Source: Centroscyllium fabricii (taxonomy: Eukaryota). From it: a DNA stretch of 64,000 nt. Made by a program: the position numbers and the translations under genes. The DNA lies in the NCBI GenBank assembly GCA_051313645.2, contig JBNRSN020000020.1:110422001-110486000 (forward strand). Direction: 5' to 3'. The notes under the pieces are model-generated. The model worked only from the letters and a program-made list of their open reading frames with translations, was not told where the DNA came from and did no database searches. Position 1 is the first letter of the stretch; every line of letters starts with the position of its first letter. This document shows positions 34,601 through 45,280 of this stretch, one piece after another.

Positions 34601-35927
34601 GCAGGAGAAACTGAGAGCAAGGGAGCGATTCGCAAACAGGGAACCAAAGGTTTGGGGGTCTTTGATTTAACTAATAACTAATAGTAACTCACTGAAATTT
34701 CACCGGTAACTAATCGTAATAATGGTAACAGATTTCCCTCATAACCAACAGTAACTCACTGATAATCTATGTGGAACTGGTTGTAACTAGTAGTAATCCA
34801 CTGATATTCACCCTGAAACCACAGCCAGAACCCCCCTCCCCCCGCCCTGCACTGTACTGCACAAGGTGCGGCCAGTCAATGGCACCTTTAACAGCCCCCA
34901 TCTCCCTATCTCCTTGGACTCTGGTTCCATGTGAAGGTGAAAACTCTGAACTGGGAGCCTCAGTTGGAGCCGATCTGTAGTTGGACTTCAAACAGACCAG
35001 CCTGAACCAAACCGAGAGATCGCAGAAAGGCCAGAGGGCTCGGCTGTGATGCTTCCCATAGTCAAAGAGTTTGCTGACACTCAGCCTCGGTCAGTTGGAT
35101 GAGGTGCTGGAGGACAGATGGTGCCCACGGAAACCATAAACTGGCCAGAGTCAGCACCTTCAGCGGAGGAGAGGAAACGAGAGATCGTAGGGGAGCGGGG
35201 ATTTTTTTTTGAAACCAGAGATAATCTGAATTAGAATTTGAAAAGGCGGCAGTCGAATGCATGCAGCGAGGTGCAGAAAGTTCCCCTTTTATCATTCCAG
35301 CCTTCTGAAACAAGAGCATTGAGCTGAAAGGTCAGATTGAAAGAGCTTTTAGAAGAGGCTGACTGTCTCTGATGTGAGATGAAAGCGAGTGAGTCAGAAT
35401 GTCCATCGCCTCCCCTCCAGCGCCTAAGCCGCTTGACCCAGCAATTGTGCCTGTGTCAGACATTAACCCTTCCCGTGCTCCCCTGCTACCCTAATGCCCA
35501 AATCACATGGCGATTTGTGTCTTTTATTTTTAACAGATTCCAATTCAATTCAAGTTTTATTGTCATTGCAGAGTACTAGTACAATACAACGAGACGAAGA
35601 CTCGACTCTCCCGAGAGTAGTGCAAACAAAATAAATAAATTACATGAAAATTGCATACAGTAAAGTTCATTATCAGGCGTGCAGGTACCGGAGTTTCTTT
35701 TTAGAGTTCAGGAGGCTGAACGTGTAGTACAGCTAGTTACACATCGAATTACTTCGAGTCTACAGACCAGAAACAGGCCGTTCGGCCCATCCGCTCGTGC
35801 CGGTGTTTATGCTCCACACGAGCCTCCTCCCACCACTCTTCATCTCACCCCATCACCACATCCTTCTATTCCTTTCTCCCTCATGTGTTTATCCAGCTTC
35901 CCCTTAAATGTATCGATACTATTCGCC

Positions 35928-36220
35928 TGTGGTAATCATATTACCATTGTATATAGTTGGATTGTAGTTGTACTGCACCACATGACCCATGTGTATAGTT
36001 GCTTGGTGCATTGGATGTATTAGATGTAGAACACGGTTGTAAGGCCAGGTCAGCCACACCTCTAACTCCTCCCCCCAGGTGGGAGCCTTATAGGTGAGGT
36101 CTGCCCTGCCCCCAGTCATTCTGTGCCTGATGTTCGTCTGGAGACTAGCTCCATCGTTAAGCTAATAAAAGCCTATAGTTAAGGTAACTACTCGTCTTTA
36201 GTCTTATTGACGATATGTCA
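35928..36220 (+). mobile_element. Solo LTR inserted in a minus-strand CR1 3' end (~35760-36410)
   Basis: TGTGGTAA...TGTCA, 5-bp TSD TCGCC; related to the solo LTRs at 22802 and 55014. Confidence 0.9.
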
Positions 36221-36558
36221 TCGCCTCAACCACTCCCTGTGGGAGAGAGTTCCACATTCTCACCACCCTCTGAATAAAGAAGTTTCTCCTGAATTCCCTG
36301 TTGGATTTATCAGTGACTATCTTATATTGATGACCCCTAGTTCTGGTCACCCCCACAAGTGGAAACATCCTCTTTACGTCTACCCCATTGAACCCCTTGC
36401 ATATATTTGATATAACATAAACCAGTTGTTGGTTTGAAGCGGTGCCCAGTTTAATTGTGCATTTCTCAGTCTCTCTTTTGTAAGGAATGGGGTGCGGGTG
36501 AGTGGCACCTACAATAGCCCTGTTCCTGGGACTAGGGACAGGGTCACTGGCGAGGCTT

Positions 36559-36623
36559 GGAAGCTAAGCAGAGCCAGGCCTGGTTAGTACTTGGATGGGT
36601 GACCACCAGGGAATACCAGGTGC
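36559..36623 (+). pseudogene. 5S rRNA-derived segment (internal control region; first ~45 nt absent)
   Basis: GGAAGCTAAGCAGAGCCAGGCCTGGTTAGTACTTGGATGGGTGACCACCAGGGAATACCAGGTGC matches vertebrate 5S from about nt 47 to 111 with several substitutions. Confidence 0.88.
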
Positions 36624-37149
36624 AGAACGTCACGAAAGGAGCCCCGGGGAGGGGCGGTTGGCTGAAGATTGTCAGAATGATGGAAAGACGGAATGGCGGC
36701 GCGCACAGACGCAGCGGCTTTGCTGGACTCTTGGGAGCTTGCAAGATCGCATTTCGTTGTTCATGTACTTGTACATTGTATAATGACAATAAAAGTTGAA
36801 TTATTATTATTATTATTATTCTCTGAACACCCATCCCCACAGCTTTGGAATACAACGGCAGACATTGGAATAGGTTCTGCCGAGATCTGATTCCAGTTTT
36901 AGGACCAGCTGGAATCGTCTTTGTGGATGAAAAGAAAAATAATAAAAATCAGATCCTGCTGGAATTGCATGGGGAGGAGGCGGGGTGGGTGTTGGTGGGT
37001 GTTGGTGGGTGGGTGGATCAGGTTCCGTCAGACAGACAGGTTCCACTGCTGATCTCACTTCTCTCACTCTGTCACTCCTGTGGTTCCCTGCTGTCTAATT
37101 CAAGCATTATTTGTTTTTATTTCACGATTCAGCCCTTTTTCTTTTAATT

Positions 37150-37470
37150 ATTCATTCTCAGGCGTCGCTGGCAAGGCCGGCATTTATTGCCCATCCCTAG
37201 CTGCCCCTCGAGACAGCGGTGGTGAGCCGCCTTCTTCTTGAACCGCTGCAGTCCGTGTGGTGAAGGTGCTCCCACAGTGCTGTTAGGGAGGGAGTTCCAG
37301 GATTTTGACAATGAATGATCGGCCGATATTTTCCCAAGTCGGGATGGTGTGTGACTTGGAGGGGAACTTGAAGGTGGTGGTGTTCCCGTGCGCCTGCTGC
37401 CCTTGGCCCTCGAGGTGGGAGAGGTCGCGGGTTTGGGAGGTGCTGCCGAAGAAGCCTTGGCGAGTTTGCA
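37150..37470 (-). mobile_element. CR1-clade LINE 3' end
   Basis: Encodes PRLLRQHLPNPRPLPP...HHHLQVPLQVTHHP, like the C-terminus of ORF 27029-28348. Confidence 0.8.
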
Positions 37471-37619
37471 GTTTCATTTTCAGTTGTGGCCATCAACCTC
37501 TCGCCTCATGTTTGGCTTCTGGATTTGAACAGACTGGACAGAAGGAACAAAGATTTTGTACATCCTGCTACCACATTGTAACATGGTCCTTTCACCTCAA
37601 GGACTCAGTCAAAACCAGG

Positions 37620-37912
37620 CTGGATGTAAAAGATCCCACACATGGCAGCCAATTTGCGCACAGCAAGCTCCCACAGACAGCAATGTGATAATGACCAGAT
37701 CATCTGTTTTAGTGATGTTGATTGAAGGATAAATATTGGCCCCAGGACACCGGTGAGAACTCCCCCTGCTCTTCTTCGAAATAGTGCCCGTGGGATCTTT
37801 GACATCCACCTGAGAGAGCAGACGAGGCCTCAGTTTTAATGTCTCATCTGAAAGACGGCACCTCTGACAGTGCAGCACTTTCTCAGCACTGTGCTGCAGT
37901 GTCAGCCTAGAT
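37620..37912 (-). mobile_element. SacSINE1-like SINE core
   Basis: Matches the 2450-2720 region of the first SINE copy. Confidence 0.8.
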
Positions 37913-38243
37913 TCATCATGACACATGTCTATAAGCAGAGCGGTTCCCTGCAGACTCTTTGTTTAAACAATCCACCAGCACCTTTTATTCCGAGACTAAC
38001 ATTGCTTCATGCCACCAAAGCTCACCTTTTTAAATTTCTTACCAGAATTGTATACCTGTATTGAAATGACTCAGCATCACATTGATCTACAATGAATGAG
38101 ACCCTGAAATCAGACTCAAGGACATCAATATAAGCTTGTTCAACATTGCAATAACACAGTGCCGTTAAGAGAGATCATATGGTATTGTCTGAGAAGGCCA
38201 AGCCTTTCATAATAAGCGCAATTCTAATTCACAAAACTCGCTA

Positions 38244-39008
38244 CAGGTTGAGCACCATTAATCCGGCATGGGCGGGACCAGGCCCGTGCCGGGAAAGTGA
38301 AAATCCCGAACGATTGAAGCTTCAGTGAGCGCATGCGCAGACCATTCAAAATGGCCACCGCGAAAGGCCGGGGGCCATTTTGAGTGGTCCACGCATGCGC
38401 TTATCGTTCGGGGAGACCCAGCTCGGGGAGGCTTGCGGCCAGGCCCGGGGAGGCTCGCAGCAGCTTGGGGAGAATCGCAGAGGCCAGGCTCGGGGAGAAT
38501 CGCAGCGGCCAGGCCCGGGGAGGCGCGCAGCGGCTCGGGGAGAATCGCAGAGACCAGGCTCGGGGAGAATCACAGAGGCCCGGCCCGGGGAGGCTCGCAG
38601 TGGCTCAGGGAGAATCGTAGAGGCCAGGCTCGGGGAGAATCACGGAGGCCAGGCCCGGGGAGGCTCGCAGTGGCTCGGGGAGACTTGCAGCGGTCAGGCT
38701 TGGGGAGGCTCGCAATGGCCAGGCCCGGGGAGGCTCGCAGTGGCCAGGCTCGGGGGGGCTCGCAGCGGCTCGGGGAGAATCGCAGAGGCTCGGGGAGAAT
38801 CACAGCGGCTCGGGGAGGCTCAGGATCGGCTCGGCTATTGCGAATGATCTGCGCATGCGCCTGCCGTTCGGCGGCGCATGCGCAGATCATTTGACAAAGC
38901 ATCGATCACGGTAGCCATTTTGCGCATGCGCAGGGCAGTCAGGGAGATTATTGCCAGATGTTCGAAGTTGCCGGTTTTTCGGGTAACGGATTAACGGTGC
39001 TCAACCTG
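38244..39008. mobile_element. Tc1/pogo (Tigger-like) MITE with an internal GC-rich tandem array (~38420-38830)
   Basis: TIRs CAGGTTGAGCACCATTAATCCG / CGGATTAACGGTGCTCAACCTG with a TA TSD. Confidence 0.9.
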
Positions 39009-39589
39009 TATAAGAATGGGTGTGTCTTCATTCTAATGGAATAAGATGTAGGTAATGGTAAACGGGAGAATGCTGGGTTAGCTAGTGTCTCAGCCCATCA
39101 GGCACCATTTTGGTATAAATCTCTAACACAGGATTTTATCCCTACACCACTGCTTCCTGTTAGTGTGTTTAGTGTTTAGGAAGATTAGATTAACAACAAT
39201 ATGTATTTATATAGCATCTTTAATATAGAGAAGTAATTATCAAACAACATTTGACACTGAGCTAAAGAGGGAGATATTAGGACAGGTAACAAGCAGCATC
39301 ATCAAAGAGGTCGGTTTTGGGAGAGTCTTAAAGGAGGAGAGAGAGGCGGAGAGGTTTGGGGAGGGAATTCCAGAGCTCGGGGCCTGAAGGCATGGCCGCC
39401 AATGGTGGAGCGAGTAAAATCTGAGATGCTCAAGAGGCCAGAATTGACAGAGCGCAGAGATCTCGGAAGGTTGAGGGGCTGAAGGAGGTTACAGAGATAG
39501 GGAGGGGTGAGGCCATGGAGCGATTTGAAAACAAGGATGAGAATTTTACAATTTGAGGTATTGCTGGACCGGGAGCCAATGTAGGTCAG

Positions 39590-40557
39590 CGAGCACAGGG
39601 GGTGATGTGTCAATGGGTTTTGGTGCGAGTTAGGACACGGGGCAGTGAGCACAGGGGGTGATGGGTGAACGGGACTGGGTGTGAGTTAGGACACGGGGCA
39701 GTGAGCACAGGGGGTGATGGGTGAACGGGACTGGGTGTGAGTTAGGACACAGGGCAGTGAGCACAGGGGGTGATGGGTGAGTGGGACTGGGTGTGAATTA
39801 GGACATGGGGCAGTGAGCACAGGGGGTGATGGGTGAATGGACTGGGTGTGAGTTAGGACACGGGGCAGTGAGCACAGGGGGTGATGGGTGAATGGGACTG
39901 GGTGTGAGTTAGGACACGGGGCAGTGAGCACAGGGGGTGATGGGTGAATGGGACTGGGTGTGAGTTAGGACACGGGGCAGTGAGCACAGGGGGTGATGGG
40001 TGAACGGGACTGGGTGCGAGTCAGAACACGGGCAGCGAGCACAAGGGGTGATGGGTGAATGAGACTCGGTGAGTTAGGATACGGGGAAGTGAGCACAGGG
40101 GGTGATGGGTGAATGGGACTCGGTGTGAGTTAGGACACGGGGCAGTGAGCACAGGGGGTGATGGGTGAATGAGACTCAGTGAGTTAGGATACGGGGAAGT
40201 GAGCACAGGGGATGATGGGTGACCGGGACTTGGTGTGAGTTAGGACACAGGGCAGTGAGCACAGGGGGTGATGGGTGAACGGGACTCGGTGCGAGTTAGG
40301 ACAGGGGGCAGTGAGCACAGGGGGTGATGGGTGAATGGGACTCGGTGCGAGTTAGGACACGGGGCAGTGAGCACAGGGGGTGATGGGTGAATGGGACTCG
40401 GTGTGAGTTAGGACACGGGGCAGTGAGCACAGGGGGTGAGGGGTGAACGGGACTTGGTGTGAGTTAGGACACGGGGCAGTGAGCACAGAGGGTGAGGGGT
40501 GAACAGGACTCGGTGTGAGTTAGGACACGGAGCAGTGAGCACAGAGGGTGACGGGTG
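39590..40557. repeat. 56-bp minisatellite (~17 copies) derived from L2; resumes at 45281-45370
   Basis: Unit GGGGCAGTGAGCACAGGGGGTGATGGGTGAACGGGACTGGGTGTGAGTTAGGACAC. Confidence 0.95.
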
Positions 40558-43500
40558 TGTGATAAACTGGTTATCACTGTAATATAGTTATTGTTATGTA
40601 TTGAGATGTAACCCTGTAAATACCTGTATGATGTCGTGATGACTGGGACATGCCCAGGTTGGCTCCGCCCATAACTCCTCCCTCCCAGGAGGAGGTATAT
40701 AAGTGACTGCTCCCATCCCCCGAGCCATTCCTGGGGACAGTCGACTACCTGGTGCATGTTCCAGTGTAGTGAATAAAAGCCTGATTGTTTCTAACTAACT
40801 ACTCGCCTCCGAGGACGTTATTGTAGGTCACAATTTTATTCACTACTGTAAAAATGGATACTACTATGCTCAAGCCAGCAGTTTTCGAATTGGATCCCCG
40901 ATCACCAGGAGCATCGAACGCCTTCACACACTGGCGCAGTGTGCTCGAAGGGTACCTCAGAGCCAATGCAGCGGTCATAGTGACCGAAGAGCACAAACGG
41001 CGACTCCTCAACGCCCGGGTGGGCCCTCAGGTGTACTCCATGATAGTGGACGCCTCATCGTTCCAGGAGGCCATCAGGATTCTCGAGACGGAGTACAATC
41101 GGGCACCGAATGTAGTCCACGCTAGACATATACTCGCCACCAGAAAGCAACAAACCAGTGAGTCAAGTGTGGAGTTCCTAAGAGCCCTCAGAATACTGTC
41201 GCGGGACTGTGACTGCAGGGCGCTAACGGCCCCGCTCCATGTAGACAGCCTCATCAGAGACGCTTACGTAACAGGCTTAAAATCAGACTATGTCAGGCAG
41301 AGACTGCTGGAGCAGAACGGCCTGGACTTACAGGCGACTACAGACTTGGGGCACGCGCTGGATAGGGCCTCAACGGACTTACCTTCATACTCCAGCAGCT
41401 ATACAGGCCCAGCCCCGCAATCTTGGACAGTGCCGGCGCAACGACCGGCAGAAGAACTAATCACAGCTGCCCACGCGAAAACGGCAGCCAAATGCTACTT
41501 TTGTGGGCAGTCTCAGCACGCAAGACGCAGCTGCCCTGTTAGAGAAGCGATCTGCTCGAAATGTGACAAGAAAGGACATTATGCGAAGGTCTGTAAAAGC
41601 ACTAGCATAAAATCAAAACTGGGCAGCGCCGCGTGTGGAACATGGGAGCAGCCATATTGGGCTCACCCATCCCCCACTCAGCAGCCCTCGTGGCAGCAGC
41701 AGCAGCAACAGCGGCCATCTTGGACTCAGCCTCCCCCTCCACAGTACACCACATGGCGGCAGCCATCTTGGGGAGCGGCCTCGGAGGACTACTCTCCGGA
41801 TCAAGACGACTTGGAGGACCCTGTGTTAGCATCGATGACCATAGACCAGAGGAAGACTCAACCGCTGGAGAAATCTATGATGCCGGTGGAAGTCAACGGT
41901 AAAGAGGTGGTGTGCCTGTTCGACAGCGGGAGCACAGTAAGTTTCATAAGTCAAAATACTGTAAAGCGCCTCTCCCTTAGAGTAATCCCTGCGCACCAGA
42001 GAATATCTATGGCGTCCAAGTCGGAATCTGCTGACGTCACTGGGCGCTGCGTGGTAACACTTAATGTACAGGGGGCAAGGTTTAACGATTTTAGCTTTTA
42101 CGTGCTGCCGCAGCTCTGCGCCCCCCTACTCCTGGGACTGGATTTCCAGTGCCACCTCCAGAGCGTTACGATGGCATTCGGTGGACCCCTTCCCTCACTC
42201 ACGGTCAGAAACCGCAGCCCAAGGCGGTACCCCCAGCACACTACCTGTGGCCTCTCGACCCTTAAGGTTGCCCCTCCATCCCTCTTCGCCAACCTCACCC
42301 CAGACTGCAAGCCCGTCGCCACCAAAAGTAGGCGCTACAGTGCTGGGGACATGGCATTTATAAAATCAGAGGTACAGCGCCTCCTAAAAGAGGGGGTCAT
42401 AGAGGCCAGTAATAGCCCCTGGAGAGCGCAGGTAGTAGTAGTAAAAACCGGGGAGAAGAACAGGATGGTGGTGGACTATAGTCAGACCATAAACCGCTTC
42501 ACCCAATTAGATGCCTACCCCCTCCCCCGGATAGCGGACATGGTGAACCAAATCGCCCAATTTAAAGTGTACTCCATGATTGATCTCAAATCGGCTTATC
42601 ACCAGCTTCCCATCCGCCCAGAGGACCGTCTTTATACAGCCTTCGAGGCTGACGGTCGCCTCTACCACTTCCTTAGGGTTCCGTTTGGCGTAACGAATGG
42701 GGTCTCGGTCTTCCAAAGGGAGATGGACCGAATGGTTGATCGGTACGGGCTGCGAGCCACTTTCCCGTATCTTGATAATGTGACCATCTGCGGCCATGAT
42801 CAGCAGGACCATGACGCCAACCTCCAAAAATTCCTCCACACTGCCAAAACTCTGAACCTAACGTACAATAAAGAGAAATGTGTATTTAGCACCGGCCGTC
42901 TGGCCATCCTCGGCAGCGTGGTGGAGAATGGAGTCATCGGTCCAGACCCGGACCACATGCGCCCCCTCATGGAGCTTCCCCTCCCCCACTCCCCCAAAGC
43001 CCTTAAACGGTGTTTGGGATTTTTCGCCTACTATGCCCAGTGGGTCCCTAACTATGCGGACAAAGCTCGCCCACTACTTAAATCGATCTCTTTTCCCCTT
43101 TCTGCAGAAGCCAACTCGGCATTCTGCAGAATCAAAAACGATATTGCCAAAGCCACGATGCACTCTGTGGATGAGTCCGTCCCATTCCAAGTGGAAAGTG
43201 ATGCATCTGACTTTGCCCTGGCCGCCACCCTTAACCAGGCGGGCAGACCCGTGGCCTTCTTTTCACGTACCCTCCAAGGCCCCGAAACCCGTCACTCCTC
43301 AGTCGAGAAGGAGGCCCAGGCCATTGTTGAAGCAGTGCGGCATTGGAAGCACTACCTGGCCGGCAAACGTTTTACCCTACTGACTGACCAACGATCAGTC
43401 GCATTCATGTTTAACAACAAGGAACGGGGTAAAATAAAGAACGACAAGATATTAAGGTGGAGAATTGAACTCTCTGCGTTCAATTATGATATCTTGTACC

Positions 43501-45280
43501 GGCCCGGGATATTTAACGAACCCCCAGGTGCCCTATCCCGCGGTACCTGTGCCAGCGCACAGGCTGACCGTCTCCAAACCCTTCACAATGACCTCTGCCA
43601 CCCGGGGGTCACCAGGTTGGTTCACTTCGTGAAGTCCCGCAACCTCCCCTACTCCATCGAGGAGGTCAAGACCCTGACCAGCAACTGCCAGGTCTGCGCG
43701 GAGTGCAAGCCGCACTTCTACCGGCCAGACCGGGCGCACTTGATCAAGGCCACTCGCCCCTTTGAACGACTCAGCGTCGATTTTAAAGGGCCCCTTCCCT
43801 CATCTAACAGGAATGTGTACTTCCTTAATGTAATAGATGAGTACTCCCGCTTCCCCTTCGCCATTCCCTGCCAGGACATGACCTCCGCCACCGTCATCAA
43901 AGCCCTTAATAGCATTTTCTCCCTGTTCGGGTACCCCAACTATATCCATAGTGACCGGGGGGCCTCTTTTATGAGTGACGAGCTGCGTCAGTTTCTGCTA
44001 GCGAAAGGCATCGCGACTAGCAGGACTACCAGCTACAACCCCCGGGGGAACGGGCAGGTAGAGAGGGAGAACGCCACTGTCTGGAAGGCCATCCAGCTAG
44101 CCCTACGGTCTAAAGGCCTCCCAGTCACCCGATGGCAGGACGTCCTCCCTGAAGCGCTCCACTCTATCCGGTCCCTCCTGTGTACTGCCACTAATGCCAC
44201 CCCTCACGAAAGACTTTTTGCCTTCCCCAGGAAGTCAGCTTCCGGGACCTCGCTACCATCGTGGCTACTATCCCCGGGACCGGTCCTGCTTCGGAAGCAT
44301 GTGAGGGGACACAAGGCAGATCCCCTAGTCGAACGGGTCCACCTCCTGCACGCCAATCCCCAGTACGCGTACATAGCGTACCCCGATGGGAGGGAGGACA
44401 CCGTGTCCATAAAGGATCTAGCCCCAGCAGGAGTCCCCAAACCCAGCCCCGCCCAGCAGCCCGCGCCTCCAAGAAGCCCCGCCCAGCAGCCCGCGCACCC
44501 AAAACGTCCTGTGACGCTCCCCATGCCGCCGAAGCCAAAGTACGCTCCCCGACACGTGGGCCCAGTACCCCAGTACGTCCGCATGGCACCTGCGAGCAGC
44601 ACGACCTGGCCCCAAGCTTGGATCCACAGCGCGCGCCCCCTAGAGTCAGAGGACGAAGGAGAGAACGCGCCCCCTGCTGTCAGAATAAGGGCACCACCGC
44701 CACCCAGAAGTAGCATTACTGCTCATCAACCCAGAAGTAGCATTACTGCTCATCAACCGGCACCGACACCGCTACAGCAACCGACACGGCCAGCCACGCC
44801 TCGACCACCGACACCACAGTCACCTCCAGCGGTGCGAAGATCGACGCGGACATCAAAACCGCCAGCAAGACTTAATCTATAGCTAAAGAAGAAAAACTTT
44901 TCTCGTTATTAAAAAAAAAATAATAATATAAATTTTTTTTTTCCTTCCCTTTTCCATTTACTGGCCATTCACCCCGCCGGACTTTCGTTTTAAAGAAGGG
45001 GTGAATGTGATAAACTGGTTATCACTGTAATATAGTTATTGTTATGTATTGAGATGTAACCCTGTAAATACCTGTATGATGTCGTGATGACTGGGACATG
45101 CCCAGGTTGGCTCCGCCCATAACTCCTCCCTCCCAGGAGGAGGTATATAAGTGACTGCTCCCATCCCCCGAGCCATTCCTGGGGACAGTCGACTACCTGG
45201 TGCATGTTCCAGTGTAGTGAATAAAAGCCTGATTGTTTCTAACTAACTACTCGCCTCTGAGGACGTTATTGTAGGTCACA
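40558..45280 (+). mobile_element. Full-length young Ty3/Gypsy LTR retrotransposon without a tRNA-type PBS
   Basis: 275-bp LTRs 40558-40832 and 45006-45280 (TG...CA; one C/T difference seen). TSD GGGTG / GGATG; PPT AAAGAAGGGG; TATA and AATAAA in the LTR. Confidence 0.97.
40854..44882 (+). CDS. gag-pol: Single uninterrupted Gag-PR-RT-RNaseH-IN polyprotein, 1342 aa
   Basis: Two Zn knuckles (CYFCGQSQH...C, CSKCDKKGH...C), protease LFDSGS, RT IDLKSAYHQ / PFG / YLDN, RNase H ESDASD / EKE / TDQ, integrase HHCC and D-D-E. Confidence 0.96.
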   Translation: MDTTMLKPAVFELDPRSPGASNAFTHWRSVLEGYLRANAAVIVTEEHKRRLLNARVGPQVYSMIVDASSFQEAIRILETEYNRAPNVVHARHILATRKQQTSESSVEFLRALRILSRDCDCRALTAPLHVDSLIRDAYVTGLKSDYVRQRLLEQNGLDLQATTDLGHALDRASTDLPSYSSSYTGPAPQSWTVPAQRPAEELITAAHAKTAAKCYFCGQSQHARRSCPVREAICSKCDKKGHYAKVCKSTSIKSKLGSAACGTWEQPYWAHPSPTQQPSWQQQQQQRPSWTQPPPPQYTTWRQPSWGAASEDYSPDQDDLEDPVLASMTIDQRKTQPLEKSMMPVEVNGKEVVCLFDSGSTVSFISQNTVKRLSLRVIPAHQRISMASKSESADVTGRCVVTLNVQGARFNDFSFYVLPQLCAPLLLGLDFQCHLQSVTMAFGGPLPSLTVRNRSPRRYPQHTTCGLSTLKVAPPSLFANLTPDCKPVATKSRRYSAGDMAFIKSEVQRLLKEGVIEASNSPWRAQVVVVKTGEKNRMVVDYSQTINRFTQLDAYPLPRIADMVNQIAQFKVYSMIDLKSAYHQLPIRPEDRLYTAFEADGRLYHFLRVPFGVTNGVSVFQREMDRMVDRYGLRATFPYLDNVTICGHDQQDHDANLQKFLHTAKTLNLTYNKEKCVFSTGRLAILGSVVENGVIGPDPDHMRPLMELPLPHSPKALKRCLGFFAYYAQWVPNYADKARPLLKSISFPLSAEANSAFCRIKNDIAKATMHSVDESVPFQVESDASDFALAATLNQAGRPVAFFSRTLQGPETRHSSVEKEAQAIVEAVRHWKHYLAGKRFTLLTDQRSVAFMFNNKERGKIKNDKILRWRIELSAFNYDILYRPGIFNEPPGALSRGTCASAQADRLQTLHNDLCHPGVTRLVHFVKSRNLPYSIEEVKTLTSNCQVCAECKPHFYRPDRAHLIKATRPFERLSVDFKGPLPSSNRNVYFLNVIDEYSRFPFAIPCQDMTSATVIKALNSIFSLFGYPNYIHSDRGASFMSDELRQFLLAKGIATSRTTSYNPRGNGQVERENATVWKAIQLALRSKGLPVTRWQDVLPEALHSIRSLLCTATNATPHERLFAFPRKSASGTSLPSWLLSPGPVLLRKHVRGHKADPLVERVHLLHANPQYAYIAYPDGREDTVSIKDLAPAGVPKPSPAQQPAPPRSPAQQPAHPKRPVTLPMPPKPKYAPRHVGPVPQYVRMAPASSTTWPQAWIHSARPLESEDEGENAPPAVRIRAPPPPRSSITAHQPRSSITAHQPAPTPLQQPTRPATPRPPTPQSPPAVRRSTRTSKPPARLNL

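Noticed and set aside
33823-34681. Gly/Arg-rich ORFs
   Set aside because: G-rich minisatellite, open in all frames.
36559-36623. Functional 5S rRNA gene
   Set aside because: The 5' ~45 nt and the T-run terminator are missing, and it is not in a tandem array.
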